Positions 1-10,778 of a stretch of DNA of 64,000 bases are shown here, piece after piece (position 1 is the stretch's first letter; every line of letters starts with the position of its first letter). A program made the position numbers and the translations under genes. The stretch covers positions 23,861-87,860 of the IMG/VR virus record IMGVR_UViG_3300045988_128837. One strand, given 5' to 3'. The stretch comes from a virus. The notes beneath the pieces were generated by a model, which worked only from the letters and a program-made list of their open reading frames with translations, did not search any database and had not been told where the DNA came from.

Positions 1-152
1 TACGCATATGAAGCATCATTGATTCTGTCGATCAAGACATTCATTTCTTTCACATATTCAGTTTTCATAATTTTTGGATTTTCCTTTTCTTGTTTATATT
101 GTTTAGTTAATTATTTTAATTTGTGTTTTCTATGTCTTTCAGTAACTGCCAA

Positions 153-791
153 TTACTTCACTACATATATTTTTCTGTGCTGTTGCACATTTATTGTTTC
201 GGAATGTGTTGATTTGAACACGTCTACATGCATTCCTTTTACTTTGCCTCCGCAATCTTCTGCCACAAAGATTGTGTCACCGTATCCCTCAATCTTAACT
301 CTTGTTCCATAAGGGATAATGTTTTTATCAACCGCAATCGTATGATATGGTCGAGCAAATTTATGCCCTGCATGATTCCAAGCAATCTTAGATCCATATC
401 CTTCAGAACATTCATAACATGGACAATATGCCGTGATCAAAAATGTTCCAAGTGAACTCTTTTCAAGTTCTCGCTTTCGCTTCAGCCGCTGTCGTTTAAT
501 TCGCAATCGTTTCTTTCGAAGTTTTTCTAATCGAATCTGTCTTGCTTGCTCTTCATCAGCTTTCTTACATTTCTGATAATGCTCATGAACATCTTTTAAT
601 GCAACGCTTTGGCTGATTGGATTGTCTGAAATCACATTGCCTTGCTTATTTTCTGCAACAGTTGTCTCTGTTGATAAGGTTGAAGCCTCTACCGAGGGTC
701 GCTCCTCTGCTTTAACCGTGTGAGTCATAAAGCCCGAACACATTGCTAAAAAACTAAACGAGACAACTTTCATTAAAAATCTTTTTCTCAT
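153..791 (-). CDS. Secreted 3D-domain protein (YuiC/MltA-like cell-wall binding or lytic transglycosylase-like). True start probably the internal Met MRKRFLMKVV at 791, not the track start at 815.
   Basis: N-terminal signal peptide MRKRFLMKVVSFSFLAMCSG. C-terminal 3D-domain motifs (YGTRVKIEGYGDTIFVAEDCGG, HVDVF). RBS AAGGAAAGGAAA lies upstream of the internal ATG. Has a K/R-rich linker. Confidence 0.55.
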   Translation of the reverse strand: MRKRFLMKVVSFSFLAMCSGFMTHTVKAEERPSVEASTLSTETTVAENKQGNVISDNPISQSVALKDVHEHYQKCKKADEEQARQIRLEKLRKKRLRIKRQRLKRKRELEKSSLGTFLITAYCPCYECSEGYGSKIAWNHAGHKFARPYHTIAVDKNIIPYGTRVKIEGYGDTIFVAEDCGGKVKGMHVDVFKSTHSETINVQQHRKIYVVK

Positions 792-821
792 TTTCACATT
801 TCCTTTCCTTAGCATATTGGT

Positions 822-859
822 ATCTTATCATACTTCTTGCACCCTGTCAATAGGTGCAA
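822..859 (-). promoter_or_regulatory. Sigma-A-like promoter (TTGACA, 17-nt spacer, TGnTAAGAT) with a palindrome TTGCACC-N8-GGTGCAA spanning the -35 box.
   Basis: Minus-strand reading: TTGCACCTATTGACAGGGTGCAAGAAGTATGATAAGAT. A near-identical element recurs at 42151-42189 and a related one at 29891-29928. Confidence 0.5.
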
Positions 860-868
860 AGAATAAAG

Positions 869-3142
869 TTAATTTTTTAGGCTTAACCAAGTGCGCCTCT
901 TATTATGATTTGTCATAATACATCTCTTAAACGCTTCTGGCTCTGCAAGGAGTGCAAATCTTTTCTTAGCTCGTGTCAACATCGTATATAACATACAGTT
1001 ATCAAGCAATTTGTAATGCGTATTGTCAATAATACCGATCACAGTTTGTGCAGCCGATCCTTGAAGTTTATGCGTGGTTAATGCATATGCTAATTGCAAT
1101 TGCCCAAGTTGAGCGAAAGAATATTCAATCATTTTCTCTTCGATATTTGCATTCATAGATACCAAACATATTTCTTTTTCTTTATCAATCGCTGTAATGT
1201 ATCCAATATCACCATTGAATACATCTCGCTCATAATCATTTGAGGTCTGTAATACCTTATCTCCCAAATAGTATTTACGATCTTTGAATTCAACAAATGG
1301 TTTATTACTACTAGCAAATAATTCTTTCTGCACTGCTTTATTCAATTCATCTGTACTGTTCGTGCAATTGCTTCTTCGTGGGGAAATAATCACAACATTA
1401 TCAAGCCCTTCCTCTTTAACAGATTTAATATACTGCTTTACTGCCATGTTAAATAACGATTCTCTATTCTTCCTGAACAAATAAAACATATCATTTAGTT
1501 CACCATGAACAATTTTTAATTGTGGACTATCCAATGGGTTAATTCCTCTACGAATCTTTCTTGCATCCGTTAAAATACCAGATTTTTCTGCTTGCCTCAT
1601 CGGCTTGGTGAGCTGAACGCTATTCAAACCTTTCTTTTTTAACAGATCAGAGAAAATATTACCAAATCCAATCGGTGGCAACTGCATATAATCACCACAA
1701 AAAATTAATCGTGTTCCTGGTCGAATTGCCAATAAAAAATTATAGAAAAGGCTCGCATTTGTCATACTACTTTCATCCATGATCACAACATCAGCAGGTA
1801 ATGGGTTATCTTGGTTGTAGCAAAAACTATCAATACCTTCTGCCACAAGTAATCTATGAATAGTCCGTGAGTCCAAACCTGTTGCTTCTTTAATTCGCTG
1901 GGCTGCTTTTGCAGATAATGCACACGCAACAATGCTATTATTTCTTTTTTGGTAGCATTTTATAATTGGTTTCAGAATTGTTGTTTTACCAGTCCCAGCT
2001 TCTCCAGAAATAAACACAACTTGACAATTTAATGCTTTGTTAACTCCTGTAATTTGCTCTTCTGAAAACATAAACCCTTCTTCATCTTCAACTTCAGAAA
2101 TCGTCTGACTAATCTCACTATCTGTTATTGGTTTGTAATCTGTTGTATTCCCAAATGAATATTTCTCCATATCTTTAATCAGTTCGTAAATATCCATTTC
2201 AATTGTATAATACGATTTCAGACCAATTTTATCTCCAGATGTATATAAATAATTTGGTATTTTTTTATCTGATTCTTCATCAAGCCATTCGTCAAATATA
2301 GGTAGGCATTCAGACGCTGCATTACTAATATCGCTTCTTAAATTTTTGATATATACATATGTATGTCCATCATTATCACCAACTTGATGCAAGTCGTAAG
2401 AAATAAATGCATTTAACCGTTGATTTGAGCATCGCAATTCTGGTTTTAATTTGAGCGCAATATCATCAACTCGTTTAAACCCCATGCCCTTTACTCTAGT
2501 GAGTATATATGGATTTTGTTCAATCTGTTTTTTTAAAACACTTGGATTAGGTTCAGATTTCAACAATCTTTCAATCGTTGGTAATGTAACTCCATATGGT
2601 TGTAACATTACAACAATATCAGAAATCACATAATTTTTAATAATTTTATCTCTAAGTTTCTTCCAAGTTTTATCTCCTAGTCCTTTGATTTCTGAATGGT
2701 CAATCATCTCTAACTGACCATTCATTACATCTTCAACAACATTAGGATATTTCGCAATTAACTGATCTGCGATCGCTGCGTTCGTCTGTGTTTTTAAAAA
2801 TACCTTTTGTGCTTCAAAAGTTTTAGGAACTTCAGCAACTATAGAAAGTGGTTTATATTGATATTCATTGTATTTCTTCGAATATGTCATATTGGCTTTA
2901 ACCTTATATTTCGTTCCTAAATACAACTCCTGCATATTACCAACCAATTTGCCACATTTGTTCATTTTTTTATCGGATAAGTCATCAAAATCATTATTAT
3001 TATATGGTTTACATTCTGGTAAATCTTCTGCTGTACAGAATGTGTAAATCCCAAATAAAGATTCTTCATTATAATAAATCTGATATAATGGGACAATCTC
3101 AAACTCATATTCTTTTGTACTATCCACCACTTTAGGCGACAA
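869..3142 (-). CDS. RecD/Dda-like SF1 DNA helicase with an N-terminal extension of about 340 aa.
   Basis: Walker A ISGEAGTGKTT, Walker B VIMDESSM, motif III CGDYMQLPPI, motif VI LTTHKLQGSAAQTV, C-terminal LTRAKKRFALL. Confidence 0.7.
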   Translation of the reverse strand: MSPKVVDSTKEYEFEIVPLYQIYYNEESLFGIYTFCTAEDLPECKPYNNNDFDDLSDKKMNKCGKLVGNMQELYLGTKYKVKANMTYSKKYNEYQYKPLSIVAEVPKTFEAQKVFLKTQTNAAIADQLIAKYPNVVEDVMNGQLEMIDHSEIKGLGDKTWKKLRDKIIKNYVISDIVVMLQPYGVTLPTIERLLKSEPNPSVLKKQIEQNPYILTRVKGMGFKRVDDIALKLKPELRCSNQRLNAFISYDLHQVGDNDGHTYVYIKNLRSDISNAASECLPIFDEWLDEESDKKIPNYLYTSGDKIGLKSYYTIEMDIYELIKDMEKYSFGNTTDYKPITDSEISQTISEVEDEEGFMFSEEQITGVNKALNCQVVFISGEAGTGKTTILKPIIKCYQKRNNSIVACALSAKAAQRIKEATGLDSRTIHRLLVAEGIDSFCYNQDNPLPADVVIMDESSMTNASLFYNFLLAIRPGTRLIFCGDYMQLPPIGFGNIFSDLLKKKGLNSVQLTKPMRQAEKSGILTDARKIRRGINPLDSPQLKIVHGELNDMFYLFRKNRESLFNMAVKQYIKSVKEEGLDNVVIISPRRSNCTNSTDELNKAVQKELFASSNKPFVEFKDRKYYLGDKVLQTSNDYERDVFNGDIGYITAIDKEKEICLVSMNANIEEKMIEYSFAQLGQLQLAYALTTHKLQGSAAQTVIGIIDNTHYKLLDNCMLYTMLTRAKKRFALLAEPEAFKRCIMTNHNKRRTWLSLKN

Positions 3143-6100
3143 CCCCCTTCACTTTCTTAATATCTTCTAGCCATTGTTTATATGGTTTAATTTTCTTTGC
3201 GATAACCTTCTCGTCTGAATCTTTTCTGCATAACATCGCAATCTGATTTCCTTTGGCAATCATATCTTCATATTCTTTTAATTGCGAATGCCAGACGATT
3301 GCCTCAGTCAATCCAAAACTAGAATATAAATTCACATACGCAAATGTCTTTTTATTTTTGTCTTTCTTTTTATCAACTTTAGCGATCACTGCAACCACAG
3401 TGCAATCATCTCCATTTTCAACATCTTGAAATTGTTTTGACATATACTTGTATGCCTGATCAAATGGGTTATCGTTGATAAAGATTTGCAATGCTTCAAA
3501 TTCCCAAAAATCTTCATTCTCAAGATATTTTTGATTCTGTGTGATAAATTTCTGAAATCGTTCTTTTTCCTTATCTTTATACAATTCATACTTTTTATCG
3601 TTGTAAGCTTTTAATATTGCATCTTTGTCATAATCATATTTCTTCTCACCTATACGGTAATCTTCAGCGTCAATATCCCATTTAATAAGTAACTGTTTGT
3701 AACTCGGTGCTTTTGCAACTGGCTTGAATGTTGTTGGCTGATACATAGATTTCAAATACTGAATTAAAGTTTTACGTTTATTCTTTGTCGGAATTGCACC
3801 TGCCTTAATCAACTGAATAACCTGCGCTTTACTTGGATTAATACGTTCACAAAAGTTTTCAAACCCTATGAATTTACCATTTTCATCACGGTCTTCAAGA
3901 ATTACCTTTGCAATTTTTTCTCCAATACCACTGATAGCCGATAATCCAAACAATATATACACATCGTCAATACTGAAATTCATCATTGATTTATTTAAGT
4001 TTGGTGGTAACACTTGAATCTTAAACGCCTTGGCATCAAGAATATATTTATTTACCATTCCTGCCTTATCTTTATTGCGATTCAATAATGCCTTAAAAAA
4101 ACACAACGCATAATGTTTCTTTAAAAACGCTGTTTGCAAGCATAATACAGCGTAGGAGTACGCATGACTTTTATTGAATAAGTATCCCCCTTTTTGGGAT
4201 AACGTCTCGCTAATCTGTTTTGCAATTTCTTCTGGGTATCCATTCTCAATAATCTCGTAATAAAGCTTTTTAGATTCAGACTTCACAAGTTCAATATTCT
4301 TTTTACCAATCGCCTTACGGAATAAGTCGGCTCCTCCATAACTTCGACCACCAAATTTACGAACAATATCAAGTAATTGCTCCTGATAAATCATACATCC
4401 ATACGTTTCTTTTAAGATTGGTTCCATATCTGGATGGATATATGTGATTTTCTCTGGGTGATGTTTGTACTCAATGAATTCTTCTAAGACATCCATTGCA
4501 TCTGGTCTATAGAGTGCTAATACAGCTGCCAACTCTTCCATGTTTGAGACTTGTAACCTAACCAGCAAGTCCTTCATACCAGCACTTTCGACTTGGAAAA
4601 CACCATTCGTCATTGCACTACGCAATAATTCATATGATCCTTCGTCCATTTCAAACTTTGGATTGTTAATATTTACATCAAACTCAGTTAACCCTGCGTC
4701 AATTTCAGCTTCTTTTACAGTGTTTAGTGTTGCAACACCCAAAATATCAAATTTAATAATCCCAATCTCTTCAACGATACGTTTATCTACTTGAATAACG
4801 TGCTCTCCGTCAGTTCCAAGCTTCATTGCCATATAATCGCTAATATCTGTATCTACAATTCCTACACCACCTGCATGAGAAGATACTGTTTTTACTCTGC
4901 CTGCAAGATGTGATGCAACATCAAAAAGTTCTTCATATCTTGGGTTCTCTGCTAAATCTCTGTTATTCCACAAAGATTCTTCAATTGTGTCATATACGAA
5001 TTTTTTACTTAATTTGTCCATCTCGTGATAATTGAACCCTAAGACCTTACCAACATCTTTGATCGCTACAATTGGAGTAATAAAACTGAAATTGATAATC
5101 TGGCATACTCTGTTGTCGCCATACTTATCGATCAAATATTGGATAATCTCATCTCGTGTACCAACATCTGTATCTGTATCTGGCATTGAAATTCGCTCTG
5201 GATTCAAAAATCTTTCAAAAATTAGTCCATATTTGATAGGATCTAAGTCTGTAATTGTAATCGTGTAACACACTAAACTACCTGCACAACTACCTCGACC
5301 AGCACCAATTGGAATGCCATTTTCTCTTGCAAAATTGATAAAATCCCATACAATTAAGAAATACCCATCGAATCCCATTGAATGAATAATATCTAATTCA
5401 TAATCAATTCTTTCTTTTCTGAGTTTCTGTTCTTCTTCTGGTAATTTATCGAATCCTCGTTTTACCCACCCTGTATCAATCAGATACTTTAAATAAGAAT
5501 AATTATCTTCAAATCCTTCTGGTAATGGGAAAGATGGTAACTGAGGTGCCTGAAATGGCATGTGAATTTCATCAATTAAATCTGCAATCCTATCAGTTTC
5601 TTCAAGCCCTTTAGTTACTGCGTCTTCTCCAATTTGGTTATCCATAATTGCATGAATTTCATCGTCAGATTGTAAATAACATCCTTCATAAATTTCTGCT
5701 GCGGTTTCAGTATCGTGAGCAAGCTTTACATGCCAGTTCTGATAATACAGATCTTCTTTTCTAGCAGCGTGACTATCAGTTGTGATAATATATGGTGTGT
5801 TAGTATCTACTGAAAGCTGTAAGATTTTCTGATTATATACTATTTGATCCTGATGTGAATGTGATTGCATTTCTAAATAAAAATGTGGAAAAATCTCTTT
5901 GTATTCACGAACATATTCAACACATTTCTGATAATCTGGCTCTCTGGCAAGTTTAGATGCTAAACAAGCACTACTCACAACCAGATTCTTAGCATATGGT
6001 TTCAACGCATTCAGATCAATTCGTGGCTTGTAGTAAAATCCATGAAAATTTGAATCAGTTACCAATTGATTAATTGCTTTTCTACCATTCTCATTCTTTG

Positions 6101-6365
6101 CCAATACAATTAAATGGAAATATTTGCTATCCTTATTCTGCTCTGTCATATCAAAGCATTCATAAAATTCAACTCCAAAAATCAATTTAACACTTGGATA
6201 TTTCTCATGAAGTTTGTCATAATAACACCAACTATACTCATTTCCATGCTCTGTGATAGCCAGGGCTTTTAATCCTATCTCTTCTGCTCTTTGTAAGTTT
6301 TCTTCAGGTAATGCATATCCATCTAACAATGAATAATGCGAATGTGTATGTAATGAACTGCTCAC
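3132..6365 (-). CDS. DNA polymerase III alpha subunit (DnaE-type) with an N-terminal PHP domain.
   Basis: PHP motif HTHSHYSLLDG. DnaE palm signature GRGSCAGSLVCYTITITDLDPIKYGLIFERFLNPERISMPDTDTD. Length 1077 aa. Confidence 0.8.
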   Translation of the reverse strand: MSSSLHTHSHYSLLDGYALPEENLQRAEEIGLKALAITEHGNEYSWCYYDKLHEKYPSVKLIFGVEFYECFDMTEQNKDSKYFHLIVLAKNENGRKAINQLVTDSNFHGFYYKPRIDLNALKPYAKNLVVSSACLASKLAREPDYQKCVEYVREYKEIFPHFYLEMQSHSHQDQIVYNQKILQLSVDTNTPYIITTDSHAARKEDLYYQNWHVKLAHDTETAAEIYEGCYLQSDDEIHAIMDNQIGEDAVTKGLEETDRIADLIDEIHMPFQAPQLPSFPLPEGFEDNYSYLKYLIDTGWVKRGFDKLPEEEQKLRKERIDYELDIIHSMGFDGYFLIVWDFINFARENGIPIGAGRGSCAGSLVCYTITITDLDPIKYGLIFERFLNPERISMPDTDTDVGTRDEIIQYLIDKYGDNRVCQIINFSFITPIVAIKDVGKVLGFNYHEMDKLSKKFVYDTIEESLWNNRDLAENPRYEELFDVASHLAGRVKTVSSHAGGVGIVDTDISDYMAMKLGTDGEHVIQVDKRIVEEIGIIKFDILGVATLNTVKEAEIDAGLTEFDVNINNPKFEMDEGSYELLRSAMTNGVFQVESAGMKDLLVRLQVSNMEELAAVLALYRPDAMDVLEEFIEYKHHPEKITYIHPDMEPILKETYGCMIYQEQLLDIVRKFGGRSYGGADLFRKAIGKKNIELVKSESKKLYYEIIENGYPEEIAKQISETLSQKGGYLFNKSHAYSYAVLCLQTAFLKKHYALCFFKALLNRNKDKAGMVNKYILDAKAFKIQVLPPNLNKSMMNFSIDDVYILFGLSAISGIGEKIAKVILEDRDENGKFIGFENFCERINPSKAQVIQLIKAGAIPTKNKRKTLIQYLKSMYQPTTFKPVAKAPSYKQLLIKWDIDAEDYRIGEKKYDYDKDAILKAYNDKKYELYKDKEKERFQKFITQNQKYLENEDFWEFEALQIFINDNPFDQAYKYMSKQFQDVENGDDCTVVAVIAKVDKKKDKNKKTFAYVNLYSSFGLTEAIVWHSQLKEYEDMIAKGNQIAMLCRKDSDEKVIAKKIKPYKQWLEDIKKVKGVVA

Positions 6366-6376
6366 TAACTTTCACC

Positions 6377-8125
6377 TCAATCCCAAATATCTTCGTCTAA
6401 TTCTTCATCTGTTGTGATGCTCAGAACATTAATATCATCAACCGCAATTTGATATTGTCTAATTCCGTTAAAGATATTAGTCTGTGCAGTTCCTACTAAT
6501 TCAAATGTAACTGTGCCTTCGTCAGAAAAATCGTTCATAATCCAATCATAAATCTTATTTTTTTCATTACATCTAAACATCACACATGGAATATCATTAA
6601 TCTTGAATTGTATTGTATCCATTTTCTTACCAACAACATTAATTTCTTCCTTATTTAATGTGATATTCTCGACAGCAATCATCGGATCATCAATGCCCTG
6701 CCCACGAATATCATCCAATTTAGACATTTCCTGTAGTAGTTCAAAATCTAATCTGCAAGCATCTACAATGAAATCAACTCTATAAGTTGCATCATATTTA
6801 ACATCTTTCAGTTTGTCGTTTAATTCTGTGATTGCTTCAGAGATATTATCTGTCGAACATCCAAATGCATTGGCGTGACCTTTTGCCCATAAAAATGAAT
6901 TTGTCTCGGATATTACATCTTTCAAACTATCAATTGGGCTATGATCTACATTCCTTGCACTACCACTCATTTCCACTAATCCTGTTTCTGGGTTAGTATG
7001 CTTTCGTAATAATAAGCATGGTCTGTTCATATCTTCAGCGATCTTGATAGCAACCAATCCTGTCAAACTGCTATCTAATGTTTCTGTAACATCAAGAATA
7101 GTAATCTTGCTATCTTTATCTTTTTCAGCCTCTTTCATAATAATTGGAACCATCTTTTTCTTTTGACGATCCTGTTTGCCTTTGGCATTTTTGCATAATC
7201 GAGCAGCACGATCGTAAATGTTCTCTTTGATTACTTCCGCAGGATTGTTTTTTGTTGCTCTTTTCTTATAGTCAAATACCTCATAGTCTTCAATAAATGC
7301 TCTAAAAACTAATTCTTTATCTTTCACGGAACCAAATCGTACCATACCATTGATAATTGGAACGATATACCACTGAACATTATGGATATTAACAATACTG
7401 TGCATTGAATAATCTTGTGCCTGAATTAGTGCTTTAAAGCATTTATTCTGAATATTCTGAATCCCTTTATCCACTAATCGACGTGTCTCAAATGATCTCA
7501 TATCCATGACATCACCGATATTCGCTAATGCACATAAATCTAAATAATCATCAGCATAATTGATCCATAATTCGTCATCCATTGCTTGCAAAAATCTATA
7601 AACAACGCCTGCCCCACATAAGTCTTTGTTCTTATAGTGTGGACTGCACTGGTTATTTACAATTATAACTTCCTCTGGCATTTTAATTTCAGATTCTTCT
7701 TTTTCATGGTGATCAAGAATTACAATCTGTACTCCACGATTTACAAGTTCAGTACACTGTGTTACATCGTTGGTGCCTGCATCTGGAATTATTAAAAGTT
7801 TTACGTCTTCAGGTATAGTAATATCTTCACTTAATCCGTGAGCTTTTGCTTTTTTATGCAATAAGTAACAAATGCTACTCTTACTATCATAAAGTTCATT
7901 ATTAATACGATTTAAGTACATATATGCCATTGAAGCAGAACAAAATCCGTCTACATCCTCGTCAATTAAAATACCGATTTTATGTCCATTTTCAAGTGCA
8001 AAAATCGTTGTATTTACTGCGTTTTTGATACCCTCTAAATCGGCATAATCTTGAATTACGCTATCATCGAGGTTCAAATACGTTTCATAATCATCAATCC
8101 CTCTATTTTTTAAAATTTCTGGCAC
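6377..8125 (-). CDS. RecJ-like single-strand DNA exonuclease (DHH/DHHA1).
   Basis: DHH motifs LIDEDVDGF, IIPDAGTND, ILDHHE. DHHA1-like WAKGHANAFG. Confidence 0.65.
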   Translation of the reverse strand: MPEILKNRGIDDYETYLNLDDSVIQDYADLEGIKNAVNTTIFALENGHKIGILIDEDVDGFCSASMAYMYLNRINNELYDSKSSICYLLHKKAKAHGLSEDITIPEDVKLLIIPDAGTNDVTQCTELVNRGVQIVILDHHEKEESEIKMPEEVIIVNNQCSPHYKNKDLCGAGVVYRFLQAMDDELWINYADDYLDLCALANIGDVMDMRSFETRRLVDKGIQNIQNKCFKALIQAQDYSMHSIVNIHNVQWYIVPIINGMVRFGSVKDKELVFRAFIEDYEVFDYKKRATKNNPAEVIKENIYDRAARLCKNAKGKQDRQKKKMVPIIMKEAEKDKDSKITILDVTETLDSSLTGLVAIKIAEDMNRPCLLLRKHTNPETGLVEMSGSARNVDHSPIDSLKDVISETNSFLWAKGHANAFGCSTDNISEAITELNDKLKDVKYDATYRVDFIVDACRLDFELLQEMSKLDDIRGQGIDDPMIAVENITLNKEEINVVGKKMDTIQFKINDIPCVMFRCNEKNKIYDWIMNDFSDEGTVTFELVGTAQTNIFNGIRQYQIAVDDINVLSITTDEELDEDIWD

Positions 8126-8192
8126 AACATTAGAGGTATCATTTGTGCCACCTTCATATAATTTGTATTTTATATGTATAACCTGCCTGTTC

Positions 8193-9221
8193 TTATTTAA
8201 GTGTATACAAATAGTTATTTAACAATAGTTCCCATTTTTTAGGATCATCAGTAGGTGATTCTTTTTCATCAAGGATTCCTTCTTCTGAGTTATCCATAAT
8301 GTATGAAATCGGAACTCCATCAATAAAACGATCGCCAAGCTTTTGAATCTCTTCTAACTCAACATCTTTGTCAAAAATAAATACTACTTCAACTCCGAGT
8401 CTTGTTAACATGTCAATTTGCTGTCTTGAAACTTGCTTGCCGCCAGTTGCCACAACATTTTGATATCCATATGACCATAGCTGCATGACAGCTTTTTCTG
8501 CTTCTGCAACATATACTCTTCCAACCCTTTCTATATAAGGTAGAGTTTTATTCAATCCGTATAAGATTCTTTGTCTAGCGCATGGCTCAATATATAAATA
8601 TTTCAAATCATGTTTATCTAACTTTTTCTTGAACAATCGTCCTTTAACACCTACCAAATCACCAATTTCAGAAAAAATAGGTATTGTAATTCTGTTTGTA
8701 TCTTCGTCATAGCCAATATTAAATTCCTTCTGCGTTAAATAACTAATATGGTCATCGTAAAATAAATCGTTTACATAATCCTTATAATAAGAAAGAATTC
8801 GTTTTGAAATTGGTTTGACTGGTTTATCTTCTTCGGTTTCTATATTTTCTTTCATATCATGAATCAATTGAGTGATCTGCAAACTTTCTGGCAGTTGCTC
8901 ATTAAAATCATGATAATAATCTATGCCGATCAAATTGGCTAGATATTTTAAACCGTCTGGGAAAGACAGACTTTTTGTAAAGCATACCAAGTCAATTAAA
9001 TCTGTCTGTCTTTCTTTTGCTGTCATTTTTCTTGTATAATTTGTGCAATTTAGGTTTTCGTTGTTATATGTAATAACTGCGGATCCATTATCCCCATCTT
9101 TATTTGCACAGCTCCAATATCCAGACGAATGATATTTAATATGATGACAGCCTATATCTTTCAGAATATTTTCTACATAATTGTTGTCGTATATATATTC
9201 TTTTAGCTGTGCTACGTCCAT
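8193..9221 (-). CDS. DnaG-like DNA primase (Cys/His N-terminus plus TOPRIM domain).
   Basis: TOPRIM stretch YVAEAEKAVMQLWSYGYQNVVATGGKQ...VVFIFDKD. Cys/His cluster CHH...C...C at the N-terminus. Sits in a primase-helicase gene order. Confidence 0.55.
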   Translation of the reverse strand: MDVAQLKEYIYDNNYVENILKDIGCHHIKYHSSGYWSCANKDGDNGSAVITYNNENLNCTNYTRKMTAKERQTDLIDLVCFTKSLSFPDGLKYLANLIGIDYYHDFNEQLPESLQITQLIHDMKENIETEEDKPVKPISKRILSYYKDYVNDLFYDDHISYLTQKEFNIGYDEDTNRITIPIFSEIGDLVGVKGRLFKKKLDKHDLKYLYIEPCARQRILYGLNKTLPYIERVGRVYVAEAEKAVMQLWSYGYQNVVATGGKQVSRQQIDMLTRLGVEVVFIFDKDVELEEIQKLGDRFIDGVPISYIMDNSEEGILDEKESPTDDPKKWELLLNNYLYTLK

Positions 9222-9224
9222 AAC

Positions 9225-10778
9225 CTACGCTCCGTTTTTCTCTCGTTTTATGACATATCCTATTTCGTCCCAAGTATTTAAATCCAAATTGATTTCAAAA
9301 ATTGGAATAACATTCTTGTTACCGCCTCGGTTTTTCTCAACCTTAATACAGAAATATGTCTTGTCCTTTTTTAGATCGTGCGCCTGTGGCTCTCCCCAAT
9401 CACTAATTGATATATACTGATATTTGTAATATTCGTCAGGATGTAATCTTTTACCAAGCATTAAGATGTCAGCAACGTGCTTAATCTGTTTTGCATTGGC
9501 AATATTATTACTACTTAACTGGAATATATCTGTATACACTGTATCATCAGTTAACTGGAATACAGAGAAACAAAACATATGGATTTCTTTCATAAGCTCT
9601 TTAATTTTTGTGGCTGTCTGTTTCACCGTTTGCCAATCATCAATACGATAACCTTTTAACGTGTCATAACCACAATATTTCACATCATATAACATACGAT
9701 GTTTTCTAAATTCAAACTCTAATGCCGAATCTGAGTAGTCAGAGCCAACATCTTTGAAATATAATTTCCCTTGACGTTTCTGATCAACCCATTTTGCAAC
9801 TTGCATAACTTTCTGAAACTCATCTGACGTAGTAGCCACTCTATGTTTGTACTCATCTTCTGTTTCAATAAAGTCTCCATTTTCATTTGTTTTTCTTTCA
9901 ATCACATTGCCATTGTTATCTCTGTAAATACCACGAACTATTTCTTCTTCTGGTTTTTCAATATCAATACCATGAAGCTCTTTGAAGCATTTGTTGTTGA
10001 TCACTGTAACGACTAAGCAATTTCGTAAATCTTTTTCATCCATCTCATTACTGAGCAATAAAAATTTCTCGTCCATTACCAATACGATATATGCAATCAA
10101 CAACATCATATTTCTTGATTTTCCTTCATTACTTAAGAATCCATTAAAAATTACTTTTCCAAGGCGACATCCTCTGAACATCTTATTGAGAATCGCCCAA
10201 GGTAACGGAATCCCCAAATCTGGTTTTAATAAAAATGATTCAACCTGTGATTCAACACCACTATTCAATAAGACAGAATCTTCGCCTGCGCTAATAACAG
10301 TGTTAATTTTGTCTGCCTGAGATCGAATCACTCTATAAATATCTTTTGCTTCCCATTTTTCAAATAACCTATGGTTTAAAATTCGTTGAACAGGATATCC
10401 ATTTCTGTCATACTCTCTTACAAGAGAATATTTCTTAACGAGATTATAATATTTTTTAAAATCATCACAATCTGCAACCTGCATCCATGATGAAATCGTC
10501 TTCCACCCTTTGTATCTTTTGTATGTCCTAAGTCTTTCATCTGATTGACTCATGAACATATTTACCTTATCCTCCTCAATCGTCTGAGTAAATGTTTTAT
10601 ACATAATCTCAAACATATCATAGAAAAATTTACATGCCTCGTCACTGAAATCATACTGACTTCTCATATATCCACCATAAGAAACATATAAATCTGGCTG
10701 TTTATACAAAGCACCGATAAACATCATTTCACTCTGAATGTTAGTTACACTTTTACGTTCTACTGCTTCTTCTGTCAA
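9225..10778 (-). CDS. Putative replicative helicase (divergent DnaB-like) or helicase loader.
   Basis: Lies immediately downstream of the primase. Degenerate P-loop LSNEGKS and an acidic stretch LLLSNEMDE. Called from gene context rather than strong motifs. Confidence 0.35.
   Translation of the reverse strand: MTEEAVERKSVTNIQSEMMFIGALYKQPDLYVSYGGYMRSQYDFSDEACKFFYDMFEIMYKTFTQTIEEDKVNMFMSQSDERLRTYKRYKGWKTISSWMQVADCDDFKKYYNLVKKYSLVREYDRNGYPVQRILNHRLFEKWEAKDIYRVIRSQADKINTVISAGEDSVLLNSGVESQVESFLLKPDLGIPLPWAILNKMFRGCRLGKVIFNGFLSNEGKSRNMMLLIAYIVLVMDEKFLLLSNEMDEKDLRNCLVVTVINNKCFKELHGIDIEKPEEEIVRGIYRDNNGNVIERKTNENGDFIETEDEYKHRVATTSDEFQKVMQVAKWVDQKRQGKLYFKDVGSDYSDSALEFEFRKHRMLYDVKYCGYDTLKGYRIDDWQTVKQTATKIKELMKEIHMFCFSVFQLTDDTVYTDIFQLSSNNIANAKQIKHVADILMLGKRLHPDEYYKYQYISISDWGEPQAHDLKKDKTYFCIKVEKNRGGNKNVIPIFEINLDLNTWDEIGYVIKREKNGA

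Noticed and set aside
19-455. Plus-strand ORFs 19-312 and 228-455 at the window start.
   Set aside because: They overlap, on the antisense strand, a minus-strand gene with clear domain signatures and RBS. They have low-complexity hydrophobic translations and no RBS.
4540-5268. Plus-strand ORFs inside the PolIII-alpha gene. The same applies to all other plus-strand ORFs antisense to strong minus-strand genes, for example 45687-46175, 47169-47588 and 53141-53449.
   Set aside because: Antisense to genes with strong catalytic motifs. AT-rich genomes generate long spurious antisense frames. No RBS or independent support.
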